Shown here piece by piece: positions 7,450 to 16,842 of a DNA stretch of 21,355 bases. The notes below the pieces were generated by a model. The model had not been told where the DNA came from, ran no database searches, and worked only from the letters and a program-made list of their open reading frames with translations. Position 1 is the first letter of the stretch. Each line of letters begins with the position of its first letter. The stretch covers positions 1 to 21,355 of the forward strand of contig CAZSKP010000013.1 of assembly GCA_964607485.1 (NCBI GenBank), read 5' to 3'. This DNA comes from an uncultured bacterium (lineage in GTDB: Bacteria; Abyssobacteria; SURF-5). The position numbers were made by a program, and so were the translations under genes.

Positions 7450-8772
7450 ATGTCTCAACGGAAGCCCGATGACTATGACGCAATCATTGTCGGCTCCGGC
7501 CCCGGTGGCTCGACCGTAGCCAGGGAGCTTTCACGCGCCGGAAAGAAGGTATTAGTGCTGGAAAGCGGCAAGGACGATCAGCGACTGGGCAGCTATTTCA
7601 CCGCATTGAGAGTCCTGGAGATGAAGCGTTCCAAGGAAGGCCTGCCCATGTTGCGGGCTCGCACGACGGGCGGGTCAAGCGTGTTCTTCAGCGCGAGCGC
7701 CGCCGACCCGCCGCCGTGGCTCGCGACTCGGTACGGCATCGACCTCTCGCCCTGGCTGGATGAGATCAAGAGGGAGACCAAGGCCGGTGTGCTGCCGGAG
7801 CACCTGTTGGGGAAGGCTTCTATCAGAGTGATGGAAACCGCCAACAAGATGGGGTACCGCTGGGAGCCGATGGCCAAGTTCCTCGACCCGGAGCGATTCG
7901 TAAACGGTCGCTGCTGCGGCGCCGATACGCATCTTGGCTGCAGGTGCGGCGCAAAGTGGACGGCCAGGGAATACCTTAAAGACGCCGTGGCCGCCGGCGC
8001 CCATCTCTTCACCGAGACCGAGTGTGAAGAGGTGATCGTGGAAAACGGAAGCGCCGCCGGGGTTCGGGCGAAGACCAGGAATGGACGAAGGAGCGAATAC
8101 CGGTCGCCCCTTGTTGTGCTGGCCGCGGGCGGTCTCGCGACGCCCGTTCTGCTCAAGCGCGCCGGAATCGACGAGGCCGGCGACGGCTGCTTCATGGACC
8201 CCACCGTCGTCGTGTATGGTCAGGCGCCGTTTGAAGGAACGTGGCAGGACCCACCGGTCTCAGTCGTGACATGGGAATTCTACGACAGCGACGGGATACG
8301 TGTGGGAACCATAATCGAGCCAAAGCTTCTCGCTGTCATGAATCTCCTGAAGAAATCGCCCAGACATCTGGCACTGCCCTTGAACTATCGGAAACTGGTG
8401 GGAATCCTCGTGAAAGTGAAGGACGACCTCTCCGGCCGTGTCTACCCTGACGGCGCCGTCTCGAAGCAACTCTCTGAGCAGGACCACGGCCGCCTGAACA
8501 AGGGAATCGGCGTGGCCACCGAAATTCTTCGCGCGCTCGGATGCCCACCCGGCAAGATTGTGACCGGCGACATCAAGGGGGCTCACCCGAGCGGCACTTG
8601 CAGGATCGGCCACATCGTGAACACCGACCTCGAGACGCAGATCAAAGGGCTTTACGCCTGCGACGCAAGTGTGTTCCCCGAGGCGCTTGACCGCCCCACC
8701 GTCATGACGATCATCGGCTTTGGAAAATGCCTCTGCCGTCATATCCTCACCGCGGAAGCAGGTGCGCAGTGA
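7450..8772 (+). CDS. GMC-family FAD-dependent oxidoreductase
   Basis: FAD motif IIVGSGPGG...LVLESG, plus TTGGSS, VVLAAGG, active-site AHPSGTCRIG and DASVFP. Purine-rich RBS. Confidence 0.9.
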   Translation: MSQRKPDDYDAIIVGSGPGGSTVARELSRAGKKVLVLESGKDDQRLGSYFTALRVLEMKRSKEGLPMLRARTTGGSSVFFSASAADPPPWLATRYGIDLSPWLDEIKRETKAGVLPEHLLGKASIRVMETANKMGYRWEPMAKFLDPERFVNGRCCGADTHLGCRCGAKWTAREYLKDAVAAGAHLFTETECEEVIVENGSAAGVRAKTRNGRRSEYRSPLVVLAAGGLATPVLLKRAGIDEAGDGCFMDPTVVVYGQAPFEGTWQDPPVSVVTWEFYDSDGIRVGTIIEPKLLAVMNLLKKSPRHLALPLNYRKLVGILVKVKDDLSGRVYPDGAVSKQLSEQDHGRLNKGIGVATEILRALGCPPGKIVTGDIKGAHPSGTCRIGHIVNTDLETQIKGLYACDASVFPEALDRPTVMTIIGFGKCLCRHILTAEAGAQ

Positions 8773-8870
8773 AGAGACGGCCGGAGACTCAAGTCGCGGC
8801 AGGCAGGGCCATCTGGATTGACCTCGGAAGGAAACGGATGATTCAATAGCCGTTCGGCTGAAACACGCCG

Positions 8871-9950
8871 TCAGTGACCGGTCTTTTCGCGTGCGTTCTT
8901 CGTTTTGCCTTCGAGTATCGCCACTCCCATGTCGAACGTTCTGTCGAAGGGCTCCTCGGCGTCGTCTCTCAGATGGAGCGATATCGCCTCGGCCGGGCAG
9001 ACGCCGGCGCACAACCCGCACCCCAGGCATTTCTCCCTGTCCACCACCGCCGTATCGCGCACCGTGACGGCTCCGACGGGACAGCGGGCGACACACTCTT
9101 CGCAACTCGTGCATACTTCCTCGTCCACGACGGCCTCGAACAGCGCGTTAAGATATTTGTGCTTGTCGTGTCCCCTCTTGGTAATGCCCTTCATCGACGC
9201 GCAGCAGCACGGGCAGCAGTTGCATATGTTCGACAGATGTTTGACGTTGGCTCCCGCGTGAACCAGGCCGGCCCGGTCGGCTTCCTCGACTATCCTTATC
9301 GCTTCCTCGGCCGTGATTTCGCGTCCCATGCCGTTTTCGATGTAATACTCGGCGGCGGCCCCGAAGCTGAGGCACGTCTCCAGCGGATGGTTGCACGGCT
9401 CGCCGGTCAGGCGTGCTTCCTTGCGACACACGCAATCCGCGACGGCTATTCTCCTAGCCGCCTCAATGCTCTCCTTGAGCATATGAAACGGAAGCAGCGT
9501 TGTGTCGTCTCGGATATTTTCGGCGATCGGGACGACCTTGAATCCCGGCACATCGCTCGCTCCCATTTCGTCGAGGTAGGCCGTCTCGTAATATTCTTTA
9601 AACAACGATGCGAGCTCCTCGTCTATCTTATTCACCGAATATTCATACAGGCCTATCATGAACGGGGCAGTGTTGTAGAGAGTTTTCCCCTGGCGCCGGA
9701 CTCGGAAGACGAGTCCCTTTCTGGACATCGACTCCAGTTTTTCTTCTAGTTGCTTTTCCTCCATTCCGGTGCGCTCGGCGATTTGAACGGCTTCCTCGGG
9801 TAAGGGCGTCAATAAGACGGCGACCTTCGCCTCTTGCTCCGTGAACAGTCTTTTCAATATCTTGATCTCGACACCCGAAGGTGTCCGGGGAAATCCCAGC
9901 GGAAACTGATCCAGGAATTGCTGCAATTTTAGGTAAGGGGCATCGGACAT
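8871..9950 (-). CDS. Cys-rich 4Fe-4S dicluster-binding protein with an N-terminal winged-helix-like region
   Basis: Two CxxCxxCxxxCP motifs (CTSCEECVARCP, CLGCGLCAGVCP), plus CVCR...CNHPLETC and ICNCCPCCC. RBS GAGGAG. Confidence 0.9.
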   Translation of the reverse strand: MSDAPYLKLQQFLDQFPLGFPRTPSGVEIKILKRLFTEQEAKVAVLLTPLPEEAVQIAERTGMEEKQLEEKLESMSRKGLVFRVRRQGKTLYNTAPFMIGLYEYSVNKIDEELASLFKEYYETAYLDEMGASDVPGFKVVPIAENIRDDTTLLPFHMLKESIEAARRIAVADCVCRKEARLTGEPCNHPLETCLSFGAAAEYYIENGMGREITAEEAIRIVEEADRAGLVHAGANVKHLSNICNCCPCCCASMKGITKRGHDKHKYLNALFEAVVDEEVCTSCEECVARCPVGAVTVRDTAVVDREKCLGCGLCAGVCPAEAISLHLRDDAEEPFDRTFDMGVAILEGKTKNAREKTGH

Positions 9951-9999
9951 TGCACAAGACTCCTCTCATGCTGGACACATGGTTCTTATTCCGTGTCAT

Positions 10000-10028
10000 A
10001 TAATACAGCATTTTCCCCGTTTGGCCAA
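10000..10028 (-). promoter_or_regulatory. Sigma70 promoter for the Fe-S gene
   Basis: Minus strand TTGGCC-17 nt-TATTAT. Confidence 0.55.
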
Positions 10029-10059
10029 GCATGGCATCCGTTCGGTGATCGTTCGCGTA

Positions 10060-10089
10060 TTGACAATGCGGCTTTTCGGATGATACATT
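10060..10089 (+). promoter_or_regulatory. Sigma70 promoter for the GT-A gene
   Basis: TTGACA-18 nt-TACATT with TG extension. Confidence 0.65.
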
Positions 10090-10149
10090 CGGCCATACGA
10101 TAGACTCGGGAACGGCGACGATTGAAAACGCAAGCCGGAGGAAAGGAGC

Positions 10150-11334
10150 ATGAAGGACTTCACGATGGTCGTCCCCTCGTACTGGGGCCGGGCAGGGGAT
10201 GAGCTTGTCGGCGGCGAGAAGATCATTTTCGATCATCCCACTCCGCTGAACGAGCGCGGCACGCTCCCAAGACTCCTCGACAGTCTCGATATTCTGCAGG
10301 GAATGGACGGCAAAGTCATCGTCATCGCGGTCGCCAACGACCCCGAAATCGCCAGCGAAGTGCAGGAGAAGGTCGAAAGGATAATCGCGCCGTATCGTTC
10401 CCGGTATGATATCGCGAGCATGCACCAGTTCACGCTGGTGGAGATAAAACAGCGCCTGGCCGGCAGAAGCTTGTCGCGGGCAGCCATGTGGCTGCTGAAC
10501 CTGGACAACTATGCGGCGGTGCGCAACATGTGTTCTCTGGCCGGCATCCTCAACGGCAGCCGTTACACGATATTCATCGATGACGACGAGGTTTTCACCG
10601 ACCCCGATTTCCTGAAGAAGATTGAGGAGAACATGGGTCGACAGGTCGAGGGGGCAACCGTCGAGGCGCTGGCGGGATATTATCTCCAGCCCGATACTCA
10701 CCGGTTGGATGAGAGCAGGGTGCCGGCATGGCAGGCGCCGTATTGGAACAATGCGGCCGCCATGAACGAGGCGTTCGACCGCTTCATCGGCCAAAAACCG
10801 CGGCTCAAGCCGACGCCCTTTGTGTTCGGGGGGAATATGACAGTTTCGCTGGAGGTATTGAAACAGGTGTCTTTCGACCCGCGCATCACCCGGGGCGAGG
10901 ACATCGACTTTCTGCTGAACCTGCGCGTTAACGGTATCACCTTTTACCTTGACCGCGAACTGTCAATCAAACACCTGCCGCCGCCATCGTTGCGCCCGGC
11001 GTGGAAGAAGGTCAGAGAGGACGCCGTGAGGTTCCTGTATGAGCGCAAGAAGGTTACGGACCACTCTGCCCTCTCACTCGATGAGCTCCAGCCGTACCCC
11101 GGCGCTTTCCTGGGAGACGACCTCGAAGAGCGGATCATCAAGACGAACGAGCTGTTGATGCGCGAATATGAATCCAAGGGAGACGAGATGGGCGTGCGGG
11201 AGTGTCGGGCCAACATCGCCGTGGCCGTGGAGAATCCGTTCCAAGAAATTGACACGAAATCCTGGCTCGAAGAGGTGACGGCCAACTGGCGGGAGCTTGC
11301 CGCCTGCGCCGAAGGCATGGGAATCCCGGAGTGA
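10150..11334 (+). CDS. Putative GT-A fold (GT2-like) glycosyltransferase of unknown specificity
   Basis: YAAVRN, a DxD-type FIDDDEV, VFGGNM and RGEDIDF match the GT-A motif order. Soluble, 394 aa, strong RBS (GGAGG/AAGGAG). Confidence 0.7.
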   Translation: MKDFTMVVPSYWGRAGDELVGGEKIIFDHPTPLNERGTLPRLLDSLDILQGMDGKVIVIAVANDPEIASEVQEKVERIIAPYRSRYDIASMHQFTLVEIKQRLAGRSLSRAAMWLLNLDNYAAVRNMCSLAGILNGSRYTIFIDDDEVFTDPDFLKKIEENMGRQVEGATVEALAGYYLQPDTHRLDESRVPAWQAPYWNNAAAMNEAFDRFIGQKPRLKPTPFVFGGNMTVSLEVLKQVSFDPRITRGEDIDFLLNLRVNGITFYLDRELSIKHLPPPSLRPAWKKVREDAVRFLYERKKVTDHSALSLDELQPYPGAFLGDDLEERIIKTNELLMREYESKGDEMGVRECRANIAVAVENPFQEIDTKSWLEEVTANWRELAACAEGMGIPE

Positions 11335-11342
11335 GGGATTCC
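11320..11342. terminator. Possible terminator hairpin at the convergent gene junction
   Basis: GGAATCCC-(GGAGTGA)-GGGATTCC, a perfect 8-bp stem with the stop codon in the loop. No real U tract. Confidence 0.3.
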
Positions 11343-11378
11343 TTCGCGGGCGAATTTGCTGAGACGCGGCGCTTCAGG

Positions 11379-13889
11379 TTACTCTCGTGGAGCAAGGTGG
11401 TCGAAGCGGATCAGTCTGATGTCGCGTATGGTCATCTCGGTCGGCTCGTCGGAGGGCATGAGCGCAATCGATTCGATCAGGCCGGGCGGCTGGGGCGTCG
11501 AAATGAGCACCCGGTAGTCTTCCCACTTCCCCTTCATATCGACGGCGAACATCTTCGAATAAGTTTTCTTTTTGCCGGCTCTGTTTACGGTCCAGACGAT
11601 CCTCGCCACGTTGCCTCTTCCTATGCGCGCGGATAGAGCCAGAACATAGAAATCATTCGAGTCGAGCGCCAGCTTTCCTATTGCAAGCTCCGATTGGCGG
11701 CCCTCAACCGATAGCCGCAGCCCAGAGTCGTCGCGGCTGAGGAAGCGCGCGCCTTTCCAGTGCAATCGCTCCGCGTGCTCCGGTTGAAGCGGGTCCCATT
11801 CGAGCACGGTCTTCTCGGACGGCCGCCAGCCGGGAATAGAATTCCCATCGAGCAGGATGAGGGTGTCGCCGAACCTCTTCACTCCGGCGTAATTTTGCAG
11901 GATGAAGTCCAGCGTCCGGGGAAACTGGACTTCGTCGCTCAACTCGTCAACCCTTTCGCCGACGATGTCATAGATTACGCATTTGGGTCTGCGTTTCTCG
12001 ACATCTTCCAGAACCTCCGCGCGCTGCCGGTCGGTAGTCAGCATCGCAAACTGGCAGAACCGCGTCGCGTTCCTTCGATCCGTCAAATAGTAGTAAGCCG
12101 AGTTGTTGGGAAGGGCGAGAATGTAGTCGTCGGGGTTCGTTCTTTCCTTTACGAAATCGACCACGTCCATGAAGCCGGGGCCTTGTACTCTCGGCGGATG
12201 CTCCGGAAGCCTGAAGACGAACAGTATCTTTTCGACGCTGTTTTTGGCGCGTGCGACCGTCTTCTGCGCGAGCAGACTCGGGTGAAGGAACGCGAGCGAA
12301 GCCGCGAGGAACAGTGCGCACAGGAGAAGTTCGTCCCATCGGAAATTCTGTGTCCGCCATCTTGGTATGTTATCCTTCAGGATTCCTGTGGCGCGTCCGA
12401 TGAAGAGGAGATGCAAGAGGAACGCCGGGGGCAGCGCGAAGATGAGGTGGGCGTAGTCGCTTCTTCCGAGGGCGACGCCAAACATCATGATTCCGGAGGC
12501 TGTTAAGGCCGCCGTCATGCTGTCGAACGCGTCGAATCTCCAACGGAGTATAAGCCGAACGAGTAGATAAGCGGCGCAGGCCGCATATACCGCGGGCCCG
12601 TAATAGAAAGGCATTATCGAGGCGGCTCCAATACGGACCAGCAGGGCGGACAAAGGAGCGCCGGTGAGGTTTATGGGAATCACCGCATCCGCACGAGGGA
12701 AGGGGTAGTTCCCGTAGCCGAGCGCCACGGCTCGTGGATACTCGATGACGTTCCGCACAATCGGCCAGAGCGCGTCATGGGCAGAGAAGATGAGGGCCAG
12801 CGGGATGAGAACGATGAGCAGGCCGATGGCGAATGAGCCCACTTTCCTGAACAGCGACGATAGTCCCGCTCCGAAGTTGTGGCAAACGACAAACACTAAC
12901 ACGGCAACGAGGGTCGCCAGCCCGACCTCCTGGCTGGTCGCTAGCGCCAGCGCCGCCAGAATGCCCGCCGGTATCAGAAGCCCGCGCACGCCACGGCCAT
13001 GCGCTGCAAGCAGCGCCATCGCCCCGAGCGCCGCCGTGAATCGGCACGAGGAAAGAGGATATTCGAGCACAGAAACGAATAGCAGTACGAGAGTGGCGAG
13101 CGCGCACATGACGCGCCACCGCCAGAACTGCCTGAAAAAGGCGTAAGCCGCAATGGCCGACAGGACGCCCATCAATTGCCAATACACGAGCAGAGCCTGC
13201 AGCGATTTGCCCGCCAGCTTCCACATGCCCACTATGGAAAAGATGTAAACCGGCCCATAGAGGCAGAAGAAATCCCGGCCCTGCCATGCTCCGTGATATA
13301 CCGCGTTGGCCCACGCCAGAAACTGCCCGATCTCGCCGAAGAAGCGGTATCCTTCGAAATAGAAAAACTTCTCTGCCTCGGGCCAGCGAAGATACGCGAA
13401 ATAGACGGGGTCGAGCAGGAGCGTCATCAGCAGGAGCGGGATTGCGCCGAAGTCCAACACCCGGCCAACGGCCTTCCGCAACCTCTCCTCGGCGGGCGGC
13501 CTGGATTTGTGGAAGAACGGCCACACCAACATTATCAAGATGGCCCCGCCGGCGAGGGCATGAAGAAAAACAAAAGCGTTTCGACTGAAGCACAGGGGTT
13601 TGTACAACAGCGGAATCAGGCAGGCGGACATGCCGAGCGCCGTCCAGCGGGCCGAGACACCGAGCGGCCATCTTGCGGATTGCCCGATCCAGTGTGACCA
13701 GAAATACCAGACGCATGTCCAAAGAGTTGTCCAAAGAGCCAAGGCAAATGGTGAGGGCGTCAGGTGGGCCTCTGAGTTGAGGTAGCCGAAGACCCAGAAC
13801 ATCGTCACACGAGCCGCGACGGAGGAACACACAGCCAGCAGAATTGAATCCCCGTAGCGTTCTATAATCTTCCTTGGCATCTCAGGCAC
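11379..13889 (-). CDS. Large multi-TM GT-C-like glycosyltransferase with an extracytoplasmic domain and a C-terminal beta-sandwich (CBM-like) module
   Basis: Many TM helices. EIGQFL...HG...RDFFCLYGP resembles the first external loop of GT-C enzymes. Soluble region FVKERTNPDDYI...YYYLTDRRN, then a beta-rich tail. Start is GTG 13889 or ATG 13880. Confidence 0.65.
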   Translation of the reverse strand: MPEMPRKIIERYGDSILLAVCSSVAARVTMFWVFGYLNSEAHLTPSPFALALWTTLWTCVWYFWSHWIGQSARWPLGVSARWTALGMSACLIPLLYKPLCFSRNAFVFLHALAGGAILIMLVWPFFHKSRPPAEERLRKAVGRVLDFGAIPLLLMTLLLDPVYFAYLRWPEAEKFFYFEGYRFFGEIGQFLAWANAVYHGAWQGRDFFCLYGPVYIFSIVGMWKLAGKSLQALLVYWQLMGVLSAIAAYAFFRQFWRWRVMCALATLVLLFVSVLEYPLSSCRFTAALGAMALLAAHGRGVRGLLIPAGILAALALATSQEVGLATLVAVLVFVVCHNFGAGLSSLFRKVGSFAIGLLIVLIPLALIFSAHDALWPIVRNVIEYPRAVALGYGNYPFPRADAVIPINLTGAPLSALLVRIGAASIMPFYYGPAVYAACAAYLLVRLILRWRFDAFDSMTAALTASGIMMFGVALGRSDYAHLIFALPPAFLLHLLFIGRATGILKDNIPRWRTQNFRWDELLLCALFLAASLAFLHPSLLAQKTVARAKNSVEKILFVFRLPEHPPRVQGPGFMDVVDFVKERTNPDDYILALPNNSAYYYLTDRRNATRFCQFAMLTTDRQRAEVLEDVEKRRPKCVIYDIVGERVDELSDEVQFPRTLDFILQNYAGVKRFGDTLILLDGNSIPGWRPSEKTVLEWDPLQPEHAERLHWKGARFLSRDDSGLRLSVEGRQSELAIGKLALDSNDFYVLALSARIGRGNVARIVWTVNRAGKKKTYSKMFAVDMKGKWEDYRVLISTPQPPGLIESIALMPSDEPTEMTIRDIRLIRFDHLAPRE

Positions 13890-14373
13890 GGTCGGGTCCT
13901 TTTCCTTTGAAGTACAGAAAGAACGCGAGCCTGCATGAAAAGAGCATCACAACGCCCAGGGTGGCCGCGGCCGAGTAGGGCAAAAACTTGTAGAGTATAT
14001 CAACAAAGGCAATCAGGAGGACCAGATTGGCCCACGCATCCGCCGAGAAGATTCTTCGAGGCTCTCGGTCTGCACGACCTGCGAGGAAGGCGCAGAAACC
14101 CAGCCACGTCCACCAGCCGAAGAATCCCATGAGCGCTGAGAATCCTGTTCCCACGACGAAATGAAACGTGCGCGCAATCTTCGGAACGCGCGCGATGGTG
14201 GTTGGGCTTATCACACCTATTTCGTTGGGCCGATATGTGAAGTGAAACAGGCCCGCCTGGTCTGCCATGAAATAGACGGCTGCTCCGAAACAGAGCCAGG
14301 AAAACACAACGACAGCGCTCCACGTCCAGTTACCTTCGGAATTACAGAAATCTCTTGCTTCAGCGACCTTCAT
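13882..14373 (-). CDS. Hypothetical 4-TM membrane protein
   Basis: 163 aa with four hydrophobic segments. It fills the gap between two GT-C genes on the same strand and abuts the next start. Confidence 0.7.
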   Translation of the reverse strand: MKVAEARDFCNSEGNWTWSAVVVFSWLCFGAAVYFMADQAGLFHFTYRPNEIGVISPTTIARVPKIARTFHFVVGTGFSALMGFFGWWTWLGFCAFLAGRADREPRRIFSADAWANLVLLIAFVDILYKFLPYSAAATLGVVMLFSCRLAFFLYFKGKGPDRA

Positions 14374-14400
14374 GCGAAAGGACCCCGTCGCGCTTCAAGG

Positions 14401-16842
14401 CTATGCGGCTCCTGTTTTTGACCGTGCCCGTCCGGGCCGGAGGGGATACACCAACACACAGACCCCCAGGAACAGCCCAATGCCGAATAAAATCAAGCCC
14501 AGCCTGACGCTTAGCGGCTTGTAAACGAAGACGATCTCGTGAGTGCCCGCCGGGACCCGTACGGCCCTGAAAAGATAGTTGGCATGCATAATTCTTGTGT
14601 CTGTCCCGTCCACGGTGGCCTTCCAGCCCGGATAGTTCGAGTCAAGCAGTGTCACGACGCCGTCGTCTGCGAGCGTGGCCCTGATTCTAACTCTGTGAGG
14701 CTCGTAAGATACTATCTCCACCTTCGATCCCTGTTGATTCATTTCAACATACCTCTGCGGCGCGGCAGGGTCCTCCACGACAACCACCGCGCCTCGCCCG
14801 GCGGATTCCCGGTTCGATTGCAGATAGTCCATGGCTTCCTCACCGTTGTCCACAAACTGGACTCCCCCGGCCACGTATGCGCGCGGGAGCGCGTGCATGT
14901 TCTGATACACACCTATCTCAGCAGCATACACGAGCCTGAAGTACGGAGGGAGCAAGTTGTCGATTCTTCTCGTGGTCAGCACATACTTGATGTTGCAGAG
15001 GTTTGTGGCAGGGTCGGCGAGGAAGGCCGGCTCGATCTTAGAGAATTCGAAGGCCATTTTCGGCGTCAGGAAGGCTTTGGCAAAGCGCACGTACCGGTTG
15101 TAGTAAAGGGCCTGGAGCACGCGGATGTCGTCGATGCCAAAGGCAGCGCTCGTGTTTGGAAACAGGATCTCGTCGGTCGAAACGATTCTGAACGGTTCCC
15201 GGTCGGATTGAAGGAACTCAACAAATGGCGGCTTCACAAACGCCTCGTAACGACGGGTGCGCTCCAACTGCCCCAGATACACCCGGGCTTCAATCAGGTA
15301 CAGCCCTATCAGCAGAATCGCCGTGACCTTTGGGCGAATCGGCGCATAGCGGCCGGCAAACACAAGCAACGTCGCCAGCGTCAGAAAAACGACTGCAACC
15401 ATGACGTGAAAGTCGACGTAGTGCTTCAAGTTCGTATCCAACCATCGCGGATCGAGTATCTTCCCCACAAGGGGGGAGGAAAGTGTCTCGAAGGTGTTCC
15501 AGTAGTAGCCCGCTATGAGGCCGCCGATCGATACGACTATCGCAAGAAACACCACCTGGCCGAAGCGTTTCTCCTTCACTATGGCGTCGAGGCCCAGCCC
15601 GCCCAGAGCCGCCACTGAGAAGTGCAGGAGCGAGCCGGCAAACTGGGGGAAAATCGCCTTGTTGAAAACCGGTATGTACTCGGCCCAGCCCGTTCCGGGA
15701 ACGTCGTACGCGCGCAAGAGGTAAATGATCGCGCAGCATGCGAAAAAGAGCGCCCGTCCCCGGTTCTTGCCGGGGCTTGCCACTCCCACAGCGGCGAGCA
15801 CCGGAGCAACGACTCCCAGATACGGCGCCGGCAGGTATAGCTTCTTAAGCCACGTATAGCCGAGCTTGCCATAGAAGAATGGAACAAAAAAGGTTATCAG
15901 ATGCGCGGGCGAAAGCGAGATCCTCGCCATGTTCCTCGTATGCCCATGGTAAGCGATCCTGAGAAATTCCACGAACGGAAGAAGCACGGGGGCCGCAAGC
16001 AGGAATCCGATCACGCTTCCGCCGATTCCCAACGCGAATGCCCTGAGTGAGGCTGAGGGGTCCTCCCGCGCCAGGCAGACAAGGCGGAACGCGACGTATG
16101 CTCCCGCGAACAGGAGCACGAAGAATGTTGTCTCGGGCAGGCCGCCCAGATTGCTGGAGGCGACGAACAATCCCAGTACGAGCGCGTAGCCCCTGGAGCG
16201 AGTCTGCACCAACTTTTCGCCCGCCCACAACATCCCGGGGAGGCACAGTTCCGAATTGAGAAGGGGCATGTTGATGTAGTAAATGGTCTGGCCGCAGAAC
16301 ATGAAGAGGCAGGCCGCGCCGATCGAGGCGATCTTTGAGGAACCTATCGACCGAAGAAAAAGGAAGGTGAAGATTCCTGCGATGAGTATCCGGAGCAGAA
16401 GGTAGAAGTCCCACAAGGCGGCGGATGTGCCCAGAAGGAACAGAATCTTCAGGGGGAAGAGCGGAGCCGATACCATATCCGCCGCGAGCGGCATTCCGGC
16501 GGCGGTGTGTGGGTTCCATAACGGCAGGTGACCTGAGAGCATCTCTCTCCGAGCCAGTTCGGTCAGGGGAAACTCGACCCATGCCGACGGGCCCGAGTCT
16601 CGGACCGGATATCCCCTGACTATTGGACTGCCCCGATAACCGTACGGACCTTGAGGAGTTGTCCCGTACATGAACGTCGAGGTGGACAATGTGTACCCTT
16701 CAAAGACCACGTTCCAGAAAAGTGCACACAGGACAGCCGAGAGGATAAGCACACACAGGAAGGCGGTCGACAGCCGGTTGCGTAGTTCCGGGGGCCGCGC
16801 CCTGCCTTCTTCTGCGGCGAGCTTTTTGGAAGCGTTCCTCAT
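14401..16842 (-). CDS. YfhO-family GT-C membrane glycosyltransferase
   Basis: GHLPLWNPHTAAGMP, NIKYVL, YQNMHALPRAY, DSNYPGWKATVDG, ANYLFRAVRVPAGTHEIVFVYKP and a terminal TM helix are the YfhO signature. The start overlaps the GT9 stop (ATGA). Confidence 0.9.
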   Translation of the reverse strand: MRNASKKLAAEEGRARPPELRNRLSTAFLCVLILSAVLCALFWNVVFEGYTLSTSTFMYGTTPQGPYGYRGSPIVRGYPVRDSGPSAWVEFPLTELARREMLSGHLPLWNPHTAAGMPLAADMVSAPLFPLKILFLLGTSAALWDFYLLLRILIAGIFTFLFLRSIGSSKIASIGAACLFMFCGQTIYYINMPLLNSELCLPGMLWAGEKLVQTRSRGYALVLGLFVASSNLGGLPETTFFVLLFAGAYVAFRLVCLAREDPSASLRAFALGIGGSVIGFLLAAPVLLPFVEFLRIAYHGHTRNMARISLSPAHLITFFVPFFYGKLGYTWLKKLYLPAPYLGVVAPVLAAVGVASPGKNRGRALFFACCAIIYLLRAYDVPGTGWAEYIPVFNKAIFPQFAGSLLHFSVAALGGLGLDAIVKEKRFGQVVFLAIVVSIGGLIAGYYWNTFETLSSPLVGKILDPRWLDTNLKHYVDFHVMVAVVFLTLATLLVFAGRYAPIRPKVTAILLIGLYLIEARVYLGQLERTRRYEAFVKPPFVEFLQSDREPFRIVSTDEILFPNTSAAFGIDDIRVLQALYYNRYVRFAKAFLTPKMAFEFSKIEPAFLADPATNLCNIKYVLTTRRIDNLLPPYFRLVYAAEIGVYQNMHALPRAYVAGGVQFVDNGEEAMDYLQSNRESAGRGAVVVVEDPAAPQRYVEMNQQGSKVEIVSYEPHRVRIRATLADDGVVTLLDSNYPGWKATVDGTDTRIMHANYLFRAVRVPAGTHEIVFVYKPLSVRLGLILFGIGLFLGVCVLVYPLRPGRARSKTGAA

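Noticed and set aside
9643-10794. 383-aa minus-strand ORF
   Set aside because: It overlaps the GT-A gene in antisense, the promoter region, and the Fe-S gene out of frame. No recognisable domain.
12775-13830. 351-aa alternative-frame ORF within the large GT-C gene
   Set aside because: Arg/Gly/Ala-rich off-frame composition typical of GC-rich coding DNA.
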